From the NCBI GenBank assembly GCA_002269645.1, contig NIVC01003988.1:2200-66199 (forward strand): DNA of 64,000 nucleotides, read 5' to 3'. The notes under the pieces are model-generated. The model was not told where the DNA came from. It searched no databases and saw nothing but the letters and a program-made list of their open reading frames with translations. This DNA comes from Macrostomum lignano. Lineage: Eukaryota. Position numbers and translations under genes: made by a program. Numbering within the stretch: the first letter of the stretch is position 1; each line of letters starts with the position of its first letter. This document shows, piece by piece, positions 1 to 11,721 of this stretch.

Positions 1-2508
1 GAGTATTAATAACCGGAGCCACTATATTGCTCAGCATAGCCAAGGTGGTCGCCAAAAACAGGCCATTGTTGCGCACCGATGTTGGAAATATTTCGGCGGC
101 CCATACGTCGGCGATGCAATAGCCAGTTGTAAGAAGGCATTTGCCTGGTTTTAAAATTGAAAATTGCGATGGCGAATTAGTTCGAATATCTGACAGGGTA
201 ATCATTTTTAAGGCTATTAAAAATAATTAGTTTTAAGAGGTTGAGACCAATCAGTAGTCACCATTGATTCGAAGCGTGCTGCGCTCGTATGCCGGCTCTT
301 CAAAGTTTTCTACATATGAAACTTTCGCTTCCTAAATATTTCGTCTCCATGCCGTCACGTACTTTCGATCGTACTTGCATGAATTAAACATAATAATTGT
401 TCAACAGTTCAAGGATTACTAAAAAGGTTCTACTTTGGTTAAGACCACAGATAATAAAATAGCTAGATGGGCCACTCAGGCATATATACTCGTAGTTAGT
501 AAAATAGCTTTCTACTTTCAGTTCAGTAGCAATGAAGAATGTATAAGCTATTTTATAATTAAAATAAAGAAATGATTGGAATGCTTTAGGCTGGAATTCC
601 AAGGCAAAAAGGAAAGGGGGGTTGTGTGGAAAGGCACTGTTGAAGTGTTTAAGCTAAGGGGTAAGAGCCGAAAAATGAGCCTTGGCTTTAAAAATACATT
701 AAAATGCTTCTGTGTAACTTACTACTGATTTGCAAGTAGTTTGCACGCAAATGTGCTGAGTGGCCCATCTAGTTATTCTAGTTCTGTGGTTCAGACGGAC
801 GGAAGACGAAAAGAAAATTGAGACTAATCACCTTGTAGTAGACTATTATCTAACAGATTTTAGGCGAGCACAGAAAAAAAAGGTTGACAAAGTACATGCT
901 ACAAAGTGCACTTTAAAATTCATTTCGTTTGTCGAATCCAGGCCTCGTAGAGTTTTCATCCCCAACACTCGAGTATCTGAGGTTTCCCCTAACATTGAAA
1001 TAACTCACCAACCATAGCCACGACCGCTTTAACAATATTATAAACGCCTCCAGTCGGCACTATTGGTACAGCAATCAGACAGAAGCCGCTTAGCACCGTG
1101 ATAATAACTGTGGTGTACTTTCTACCATATCGATCGCTGCCAAGCCAGCCAATAAATGAGCTTGGTATTTCTACGGCGCCATTGAGCAGCACGTTGAGCA
1201 CTATGTTGGTTGTGATGAAGGTCGTATCGGTGGACAAACCAAAGTAGCACATGGCAAACATTGCCAAATTGAAGAAGATAACAATGGACTTCATTCGCAT
1301 CTCGGGGTAGGTTACGAGGTCCAGGATGTTTCCTGTTGGTTCTTCCTCCACATCTAGGGCCTGATAGTCGGATTGGTGATTAGTTGTCGATAAAGATCCA
1401 AATCCAGACCTGAAAGAAATACTATAGAGAAGTGAAACTCACCTTGACTTTGGACACCTTGTGCTCCCACTTGATTCCGTTCCACTTGGCGATGCGCTTC
1501 AATACGTCGACAGCCTCTTCGACGCGACCCTTCAGCACCAACCATCTGGGCGATTCTGGCACAACTATGAAGATAACTATGTAGTTAAGGCAGAATACAG
1601 TTGAAAATAGTTGAATCTTGTCCCACTCCTTGAAGATGTACACCACCACTCCGCTGAACATGTAGCCTACACACCAGAATAGCCAGTAAAGGTTACCCAA
1701 CACGGCTCGATGTTTCTCTTCTGTCATCTCCTCCATGATAAGTAGGCCTTGATAATAGACGGCGGCTGGAAAGCCTTAAATCAATGGGTTGGTGGGAATT
1801 TTCTGACATGGTGCCTGAGCGTTGTACATGAGTTGGATTACATTTCAGAAGTTGCTCATTGACAGGTCAGAAAAGATAGCAACTGTGTGCTCTGTGTTAA
1901 GTTAGGGTGAGAGCTACATAGCTTATTCAAGGAAACGACGAGAATGTAAATCTTGAAAGTTGATCGCTACAAGAGTAGAACTCACCCTTTAGAAAGCGTG
2001 CAAATATCTGCGTCTCCGCTGTTGGCATAAAGGCTGGCAAAATTGTGGTTATTAAGTCTGTCACGCCGCACACGATCAAAATCTTCTTTCGGCCAATCTT
2101 GTCACCAAGCGTGCCAAACAGCATGCCGAGAGCGCAGCCGAGAAAGAACACCGACATCATGCCTGTGGCGTAGTGCTTCCTGTCGCAGACTAAATTGTAC
2201 TCCTCTACCATCGATTTGCTGATTACATCGCCGTGTTGGTAGTCAAATTTAGTGCAAGTCTCGTTAATCAGCGTGAAGTTGGTGTCGTCTCCAACCAATC
2301 TTGATATTCTGCAGTGCTCGCTATAGTTTTGCGCCACATAATCGGAGCTATTTTGCTGGGCGCATCGAAACTTCGATTCGTGCAGAGTTAGCACCATCAG
2401 CTCTAGGTCCAGCACCGCTTTGAAGGAGGTAAACGACAATGCTAGAAATATTGCTTTCTGTACACGGCCGAAGCCGCCTATTTCTTTTAGGACGCTCTCG
2501 TATTCCAT
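1..2508 (-). CDS. SLC22/organic cation transporter family (MFS) protein, 4 exons visible, 3' end beyond the left edge
   Basis: Exons 2508-1986, 1774-1443, 1360-1009, 144-1 join in frame at GT-AG sites. SLC22 motifs: large Cys loop ending EYNLVCDR, LGDKIGRK, VPESPRWL, SDRYGRK, WAAEIFPTSVRNNG. Confidence 0.93.
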
Positions 2509-3130
2509 GCCCGCTTGTTCAAACGGATGAAACTGCAGGCACTCAAGTCTGCTTGTAGGATTCTCTCGGCCTCTTCTAAGTGGCTCGTTCTAGTTTTGCA
2601 TTTCTAGGCCAGCTCGCCGAACTTTGAGTTGTATTTATTATCTGCTCTCAGCTACCACTAGCGTGCGCGAGTCCAGTTCTGTTTTTTCAAGACTCGATTG
2701 GACTGGCCTGATTGTTGACAGAAACCTGTGAACGACAACTGCTGGTGTGTACAATAAAGTAAATGTTGATCACGCCAGATAAAAATTATTCTACTAGCTA
2801 GTTAAATTTTGGCCACAATGCGCTTTGCTGATTAATTCGACAAGTTCAACCGTTACCATTGCAGATAGTGTGCTAGTGAAGTTTCTCTCCTCAGTTCGCC
2901 CTAAAGTATTGTCTCACTCATCTCTGTAGTTGAGTTTGAGCATTGTATTTGATCTTATCTAACTAGCTAACTTAAGCCTTTTATCTTGACTATCCACCAC
3001 ATGTATATTGAGAGTAGCGACATTAGTAAGTTGTGTTCCTCTACCAACTTGGATACGGCAAAATACTTTTTAAAGTATTTCTATTTCCACTGCTTGATTA
3101 CAGTTTGTCTTGCTCTCTGAGTCGGTTTTT

Positions 3131-3252
<122 letters not shown>

Positions 3253-3986
3253 GGAAAAAGTAGCAGATGCAGATGTCTAACGACAAGGTGCTCTCTTACT
3301 TGCTTGCTCATATATATATATATATATATATATAATCCAGATAGTAGAAGTTGCTACCCAGTAATAAATTAATAAAAAATTCTCATTTTCGTACTGTGGC
3401 CTTGGAATGTACGTGTATGTTTATAGAAAAATTCAACTCGGCTTATCTACGAGTATACGTCATATTGCCGAGTTGTCAGTCATTTTTGATCTGGAAAAAT
3501 GCAATCTCACTCTTAGAGTCTAAGGTCAATGAATAAAATATTTGTATTACATAAAGCAGTCAATTTTATTCTGTTTTTATTCGAAAGCTTAATTTCTGTC
3601 CGTAGATTATTTTAACTATTGAAGTGTTTTAGATTGGAAACAATAAGTCTCCAGTCCACGATATGTATGTTCACAAGTCCATATACAGACACTTCAAAAA
3701 TCCATTTGTACTTCAATAGTCTAATGTGTACTCGGAAGTCTATATATTTGTACTTAACACAAACAAGTATCCTGTGTACTTTTCTATGAGTTCACAATAT
3801 ATCATTCTTTAAGTGTTGCCAAGTCCTAGTTTTATATCCCTAACCCCAATTCATGAGTTGAGTTCTTATACAGCGGTTGAAGAGCCATACTGAGCCGTGT
3901 AAATACACAAACATAGATATGGCTCTATCTGTGCAGCTTTTAAATTGTCAAAGAACTGTAGATTAAAACAGCAAGCACAATCAATC

Positions 3987-5810
3987 ATGTGCCTACCACA
4001 GTGGAGGCGATGGATCCGACCGCTTGTGTTCACGCTGTACATTGGCTTGGTGCTCACTGCACTGCCGCTCTGCGTTATTGAATTGAATAAAAAGGGCTCA
4101 CCAGCTAGTGTCAAGGCCTGGTTCATAGCCGGCTTGTTCGTAATGGTCACCTTGCCAGTGTCTCTATGGGCAATACTCGCGCACCTCATCAACTACACTA
4201 ATCCTGGCTTGCAGCGCTACATAATCAGAATATTATGGATGGTGCCGATTTATTCTTTAAACGCTTGGTTTGCTTTGAGATTCCCGAAACAGTCAATCTA
4301 TCTGGACACAATGAGAGAGTGCTACGAGGCTTATGTTATACACAATTTCATGATGTACTTGTTGTGCTACCTGCGATCCAGCTATCCGGATTTGGAGTTC
4401 ATGCTCGAGCAGAGAGATCCCGTTAAGCACCTGTTCCCTATCTGTTGTATGCCTCCCTGGCCTATGGGACGGTGAGAGCAGATGAGAAGCTTTGTGTTTG
4501 AATTTTTGTATTTAAGTATATGAGAACTGTGCTCAATCTCCCCATGATAATCGGCCTCAGTCTCCCTATGAGATTCGGCCTCAATCTCCTTATGAGAATC
4601 GGCCTCAATCTCTCTATGAGAATCAGCCTCAATCTCCCTATGAGAATCGGCCTCAGTCTCCCTATGAGAATCAGCCTCAATCTCCCTATGAGAATCGCCC
4701 TCTATCTCCCTATGAGAATCAGCCGCAGTCTCCTTATGATAATCAGCCTCAATCTCCTTATGAGAATCGGCCTCAATCTCCCTTCGAGAATCAGCCTCAA
4801 TCTCCCTATGAGAATCAGCCTCAATCTCCCTATGAGAATCGGCCTCAGTCTCCCTATGAGAATCAGCCTCAATCTCCCTATGAGAATCGGCCTCAGTCTC
4901 CCTATGAGAATCGGCCTCAGTCTCCCTATGAGAATCAGCCTCAATCTCCCTATGAGAATCGGCCTCAGTCTCCCTATGAGAATCAGCCTCAATCTCCCTA
5001 TGAGAATCGCCCTCAGTCTCCCTATGAGAATCGACCTCAATCTCCCTATGAGAATCAGCCTCAATCTCCCTATGAGAATCGCCCTCTATCTCCCTATGAG
5101 AATCGACCTCAATCTCCCTATGAGAATCGGCCTCAATCTCCCTATGAGAATCGACCTCAATCTCCCTGTGAGAATTCTGCTCAATCTCCCTATGAGAATC
5201 AGCCTCAGTCTATCTATGAGAATCGCCCTCAGTCTCCCTATAAAAATCTCCCCCCATTTCCCTATGAGAATTGCCCTAAATCTATAAAAACCTATTGTAG
5301 TATTTAAATCGAAGTCAAATCCATGCCGGTATATTTTAGTAAAATGGACTGCAAGCATGTTGAGAATTGGCATTATTACAGACTGTAAGATCGAATGTAT
5401 GTTTCTAAATAGTTACAAGTTTCGTTAAAATTAAAAGTTAAAATCTGCCTTTTTAAATCTGTTTTATCAGTTGTATTCTTTGCATGGTTTAGCTTATGCA
5501 AGTTACAAATTTAATTTTTTATCTGCGTTTTCATTGAAACATTTAAAACTATAATTTTGCAGGCCATTTTTAGACAGATGCAAGCATGGTGTTCTGCAGT
5601 ATTCTGTCATACGGCCTATCACTACAGTGATCACTTTGTGAGTAGTGTATTTTTTATAAACTTTTTCGTTACAGACCTACAGACAGATCTTGGTGAATAC
5701 CTATTCAAATTAGTGTAAAAGTGCATTTTTATTCATTAATATTTTAGTGCTTTGTACTTTATGGTCCTTTGAATCTTCAATTAGTCTGAAAGATAGACAG
5801 ACAGACAGAC

Positions 5811-5845
<35 letters not shown>

Positions 5846-5875
5846 TAGACAGACAGACAGACACTAAGACAGACA

Positions 5876-5911
<36 letters not shown>

Positions 5912-7699
5912 GACAGACAGACACTGAGATAGACAGATAGACAGACAGACGGACACACACACAGACAGACAGACAGACAGACACTAAGACAGACAGACAC
6001 ACAGACAAACACTAAGACAGACAGACACTAAGACAGACACTGAGATAGACAGATAGACAGACAGACAGACACACAGACAGACAGACAGACAGACGGACAG
6101 ACAGACACTGAGATAGACAGACAGACACACAGACAGACAGACAGACAGACAGACGGACAGACAGACACTGAGATAGACAGACAGACACACAGACAGACAG
6201 ACAGACAGACAGACAGACGGACAGACAGACACTGAGATAGACAGACAGACACACACACTCACACTCACACGCACACAGACAGACACAGTCAGCCTAACCC
6301 TATTATTCCCGCACTGCCTTCCATTCACAACACTTCAGAATATGCGAATTACTCGGCGTCTATGGCGAAGGCGACTTTTTGAGGTTCGACTCGGCGTTTC
6401 CTTATATTCTGTTCGTGAACAACATGTCCCAAGTAGTAAGTTGTGCTTTTTGAAACTGGCTTTTATATTTTTCTTAATTAATCTATAATTTTGTAGAAGT
6501 TTACATTTAATGAAAAATAAATATTTAAATGATTCCAAGCCAAATCCCAGCTCTGGTAAGGGACACAAATGATCCCAAATCCCAGCTCTAGTAAAGGACA
6601 CAAATGATCCCAAATCCCAGCTCTGTGATAGGACACAAACGATCCCAAATCCCAGCTCTGTGATAGGACACAAACGATCCCAAATCCCAACTCTGTAATA
6701 GGACACAAACGATCCCAAATCCCAGCTCTGTGATAGGACACAAACGATCCCAAATCCCAACTCTGTAATAGGACACAAACGATCCCAAATCCCAACTCTG
6801 TGATAGGACACAAATGATCCCAAATCCCAGCTCTGTGATAGGACACAAATGATCCCAAATCCCAACTCTGTGATAGGACACAAATGATCCCAAATCCCAG
6901 CTCTGTGATAGGACACAAATGATCCCAAATCCCAACTCTGTGAAAGGACACAAATGATCCCAAATCTGGGATCCCAACTTGGGATAAATATCCCCTAACG
7001 CTTCCTCTAACCTTCTGCGCATCGCAGTGGGCTATGTACTGTCTAATCCTATTCTACAAGTGCTGCCGTCGGGAGCTCAGCCCGATGCGACCAGTTTCCA
7101 AATTCCTGTGCGTGAAATTCGTGGTGTTCCTGTCATTCTGGCAGTCCATCGCCATCGCCATTCTGGCCGCCTCAGGCGTGATCGGCCGAGTGGAAGCCTG
7201 GAAACTTGAAGATCCAAAATCTGTGGCCAGAGCCTTGCAAGATTTCGCCATCTGCGTGGAGATGTTCCTAGCGGCATTGGCGCATTATTTTTCATTCTCG
7301 CACAAACCGTATGTTGATCCTGGCGCTCCTAGTCAGAACTGCTGCAGATCATTCCTGAGCATGTGGGACGTGTCCGATGTTGGGCAGGACTTTGTTGAGC
7401 ACATTAATCATGTGTCTAATAGTGTGAGATCCACCTTGCCAAGTCGACGAAGTGGCGCCAGCGGCGGCGGCGATGGAGCGTCGCCAAGGAGGTCGGAACG
7501 GCGACCTCTGCTAGAAGCTGCTGGCGAAGACTTCGAGCCTGCAGGTGGCGCCTCCTCTGGCGCCTCCTCAGCTGAGGCTGGCATGCTTGCGGCAGTGCCA
7601 ATTGATCCCTGCGTTGAAGCTGCTGAAGCCGACTTTGATGCAGAGGCGTGCTCAGATGCTGGGACACACAGAGGAGGGAAATGGGTGGTTAATGCCTGA
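3987..7699 (+). CDS. TMEM184C: Transmembrane protein 184C (OSTalpha/TMEM184 family), 4 exons
   Basis: Exons 3987-4471, 5563-5637, 6339-6435, 7028-7699 join in frame at GT-AG sites. Family motifs: [66 protein letters not shown]. Confidence 0.93.
4530..5280. repeat. 24-bp minisatellite (TCTCCCTATGAGAATCRGCCTCAR)n in TMEM184C intron 1
   Basis: About 30 tandem units; explains the LPMRISLN-repeat ORFs. Confidence 0.95.
5789..6290. repeat. (GACA)n-rich microsatellite in TMEM184C intron 2
   Basis: Direct inspection. Confidence 0.96.
6535..6965. repeat. 35-bp minisatellite (GATCCCAAATCCCARCTCTGTGATAGGACACAAAY)n in TMEM184C intron 3
   Basis: About 12 tandem units. Confidence 0.95.
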
Positions 7700-7786
7700 C
7701 TCATCGGCTGTTTCTTTTTGCTAAATATTGTCCAAGTCTTTAAATGCAGTATTTGCTTTTTAACTTTGCTTTTAGCTTTGTCTGGG

Positions 7787-8735
7787 GTCTGCAGTGAGAT
7801 TCTAGAGCCTGCAGTGAGATTCTAGAGCCTGCAGTGAGATTCTAGAGCCTGCAGTGAGATTCTAGAGCCTGCAGTGAGATTCTAGAGCCTGCAGTGAAAT
7901 TCTAGAGCCTGCAGTGAGATTCTAGGGTCTGCAGTGAGATTCTAGAGCCTGCAGTGAGATTCTAGGGTCTGCAGTAAGATTCTAGGGTCTGCGGTGAGAT
8001 TCTAGGGTCTGCGGTGAGATTCTAGGGCCTGCAGTGAGATTCTAGGGTCTGCAGTGAGATTCTAGGGTCTGCAGTGAGATTCTAGGGTCTGCAGTGAGAT
8101 TCTAGTGTCTCTCTTAAGTAAGGAGTGAGATTCTAGTGTCTCTCTCAAGTAAGGAGTGAGATTCTAGTGTCTCTCTTAAGTAAGGGGTGAGATTCTAGTG
8201 TCTCTCTCAAGTAAGGGGTGATATTCTAGTGTCTCTCAAGTAAGGGGTGATATTCTAGTGTCTCTCTAAAGTAAGGGGTGAGATTCTAGTGTCTCTCTTA
8301 AGTGAGGAGTGAGATTCTAGTGTCTCTCTCAAGTAAGGGGTGATATTCTAGTGTCTCTCTTAAGTAAGGGGTGATATTCTAGTGTCTCTCAAGTAAGGGG
8401 TGATATTCTAGTGTCTCTCAAGTAAGGGGTGATATTCTAGTGTCTCTCAAGTAAGGGGTGATATTCTAGTGTCTCTCAAGTAAGGGGTGATATTCTAGTG
8501 TCTCTCTCAAGTAAGGGATGATATTCTAGTGTCTCTCTCAAGTAAGGGATGATATTCTAGTGTCTCTCTCAAGTAAGGGGTGATATTCTAGTGTCTCTCT
8601 CAAGTAAGGGGTGATATTCTAGTGTCTCTCTCAAGTAAGGGATGATATTCTAGTGTCTCTCTCAAGTAAGGGGTGATATTCTAGTGTCTCTCTCAAGTAA
8701 GGGATGATATTCTAGTGTCTCTCAAATTTAGGGTG
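7787..8735. repeat. Two abutting minisatellites: 20-bp (GCAGTGAGATTCTAGAGCCT)n, then 29-31-bp (GTAAGGGGTGATATTCTAGTGTCTCTC[TC]AA)n from about 8100
   Basis: Direct inspection; both share a GTGAKATTCTAG core. Confidence 0.94.
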
Positions 8736-9379
8736 GGATTCTGGTGTCTCTGTGGAATGACTGAAAAAAGTTAATCAAAGGCTTTTACTTCCTATCTCAT
8801 AGAATTGGTTCATTTTCGTGCATTGCTTATTTCATTCGTTTTGGTTAAATTCTGTGCGTGAATGAATATTTTGAAGCGTTATTGCACAATTGTAAATAGA
8901 TGAAGTTTAAGTTTTCTATGTTTTTTCACTTGACTAAAAAACTGTACGAACTGTTTTATGTAACAATTTTAATGCTAGGTTGCAGAAGCCTCTTTGTTTG
9001 CATATAAAACTTTAACACCAATGCTTTATTGGAGTTAAATGTAGCAACTTCTTTTAAGTTAAATGTTAAAGAGAATCTCCTTTATCTGTATCCGTATTCA
9101 GAATGTTGGTTTCATAAGAAAATAGTAGCATGAGAGAAAACTGTAGCAATGGAAACCTTTGTGAGAGCTCGAACTCGGGACCTCATGTTATCTTTATTTC
9201 TCTTCTGTTCATTTGCTTTAGATTATGGATAATAGTTTTATGTTGAGTAGAGACAATGAGAAGTTGGGTAGAGAGAAGAGTAGGTTGATAGAAGGGTAGA
9301 GACTATGGTAGGTTTGATGGAGAATGTAGTAGGTTGGGTACAGACAATGGAGTAGGTTAGGTAGAGACAATGGAGTAGG

Positions 9380-9695
9380 TTGGGTAGAGACAGTGGTAGA
9401 GTGGATAGAGACAGTGGTAGAGTAGATAGAGACAGTGGTAGAGTGGGTAGAGACAGTTGGGTAGAGACAGTGGTAGAGTGGGTAGAGACAGTGGTAGAGT
9501 GGATAGAGACAGTGGTAGAGTGGGTAGAGACAGTGGTAGAGTGGGTAGAGACAGTGGTAGAGTGGGTAGAGACAGTGGTAGAGTGGATAGAGACAGTGGT
9601 AGAGTGGGTAGAGACAGTGGTAGAGTGGGTAGAGACAGTGGTAGAGTGGGTAGAGACAGTGGTAGAGTGGGTAGAGACAGTGGTAGAGTGGGTGA
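9380..9695. repeat. 21-bp purine-rich minisatellite (GAGACAGTGGTAGAGTGGRTA)n
   Basis: About 14 units, with degenerate copies from about 9240. Confidence 0.94.
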
Positions 9696-10224
9696 ATTAA
9701 AAGGTAGCTTGGGCGGAGCAAAAGGATGCTGTGTAGCCTCTGTGCAGAGACAGTGTCTGCTGAGTCAGCAGAAAAATGTACATGCAAAGTAGAACCAGTG
9801 TTTTTAATAATACATAACATACAGACATAAATGCATAACCTTGGCAATTTTGATTTATTTCTATGCCAAAACGTTATCCAAGTCGCTATCACTTAAAAAT
9901 ATATGTTTGACTATTGCGTTCTTTTGTTTAAACTATTGTTTAAAATAAATTTTGTTTAATAATTACATTAAATTGAAAGTGCTTCTTGAAATTTTACATG
10001 AAGTTTAATTTTGTCATTCCTCTACTACAATTTTCTAATGCACAATCGTTGTTATTGCGTTAAACTTGCCTGCACACACAGAAATTTAGTACCCGGATGT
10101 TTCTTGGAAAGGAATAAATAAATTTATTTTTGTTACAATACTGTATGGTTTGTTTCTTTTCTAGAGATAAGCGTCTTTTTTCGTCGACTTTGATAATTTT
10201 TATGTTGAATTTTTAGGGTTTGGT

Positions 10225-11648
10225 CACCCCTGAATGTCCTGAAGTTTTTTAGGTTTTAGACACCCCTGAATGTCCTGAAGTTTTTAGGTTTTAGACACCC
10301 CTGAATGTCCTGAAGTTTTTAGGTTTTAGACACCCCTGAATGTCCTGAAGTTCTTAGGGTTTAGACACCCCTGAATGTCCTGAAGTTTTTAGGTTTTAGA
10401 CACCCCTGAATGTCCTGAAGTTTTTAGGTTTTAGACACCCCTGAATATCCTGAAGTTCTTAGGGTTTAGACACCACTGAATGTCCTGAAGTTTTTCCGGT
10501 TTAGACACCACTGAATGTCCTGAAGTTTTTCCGGTTTAGACACCACTGAATGTTCTGAAGTTCTTAGGGTTTAGACACCACTGAATGTCCTGAAGTTTTT
10601 CCGGTTTAGACACCACTGAATGTCCTGAAGTTTTTCCGGTTTAGACACCACTGAATGTCCTGAAGTTTTTCCGGTTTAGACACCACTGAATGTTCTGAAG
10701 TTCTTAGGGTTTAGACACCACTGAATGTCCTGAAGTTTTTCCGGTTTAGACACCACTGAATGTCCTGCAGTTTTTCCGGTTTAGACACCACTGAATGTCC
10801 TGAAGTTCTTAGGGTTTAGACACCCCTGAATGTCCTGAAGTTTTTAGGTTTTAGACACCCCTGAATATCCTGAAGTTCTTAGGGTTTAGACACCACTGAA
10901 TGTCCTGAAGTTTTTCCGGTTTAGACACCACTGAATGTCCTGAAGTTTTTCCGGTTTAGACACCACTGAATGTTCTGAAGTTCTTAGGGTTTACACACCA
11001 CTGAATGTCCTGCAGTTTTTCCGGTTTAGACACCACTGAAGGTCCTGAAGTTTTTCCGGTTTAGACACCACTGAAGGTCCTGAAGTTTTTCCGGTTTAGA
11101 CACCACTGAATGTTCTGAAGTTCTTAGGGTTTAGACACCACTGAATGTCCTGAAGTTTTTCCGGTTTAGACACCACTGAATGTCCTGCAGTTTTTCCGGT
11201 TTAGACACCACTGAATGTCCTGAAGTTCTTAGGGTTTAGACACCACTGAATGTCCTGAAGTTCTTAGGTTTTAGACACCACTGAATGTCCTGAAGTTCTT
11301 AGGGTTTAGACACCACTGAATGTCCTGAAGTTCTTAGGGTTTAGACACCACTGAATATCCTGAAGTTCTTAGGGTTTAGACACCACTGAATGTCCTGAAG
11401 TTTTTAGGCTTTAGACACCCCTGAATGTCCTGAAGTTTTTCCGGTTTAGACACCACTGAATGTCCTGAAGTTTTTAGGGTTTATAGACACCACTGAATGT
11501 CCTGAAGTTTTTCCGGTTTAGACACCACTGAATGTCCTGAAGTTTTTCCGGTTTAGACACCACTGAATGTCCTGAAGTTTTTAGGCTTTAGACACCCCTG
11601 AATGTCCTGAAGTTTTTCCGGTTTAGACACCACTGAATGTCCTGAAGT
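10225..11648. repeat. 35-bp minisatellite (CACCMCTGAATGTCCTGAAGTTYTTMSGGTTTAGA)n
   Basis: About 40 units with diagnostic variants. Confidence 0.96.
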
Positions 11649-11721
11649 AGATACCTTAAGTCGTTATAAGTTACATAATATTTCTCATTGCTGATTCTCA
11701 AATCAAAGCAGTCAGATCAAT

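Noticed and set aside
384-602. 72-aa minus-strand ORF as an SLC22 exon
   Set aside because: It lies within the 1008-145 intron; the SLC22 frame continues correctly at exon 144-1.
10225-11648. Interstitial telomeric repeat (TTAGGG in some units)
   Set aside because: Single hexamers within a 35-bp unit, not a (TTAGGG)n tract.
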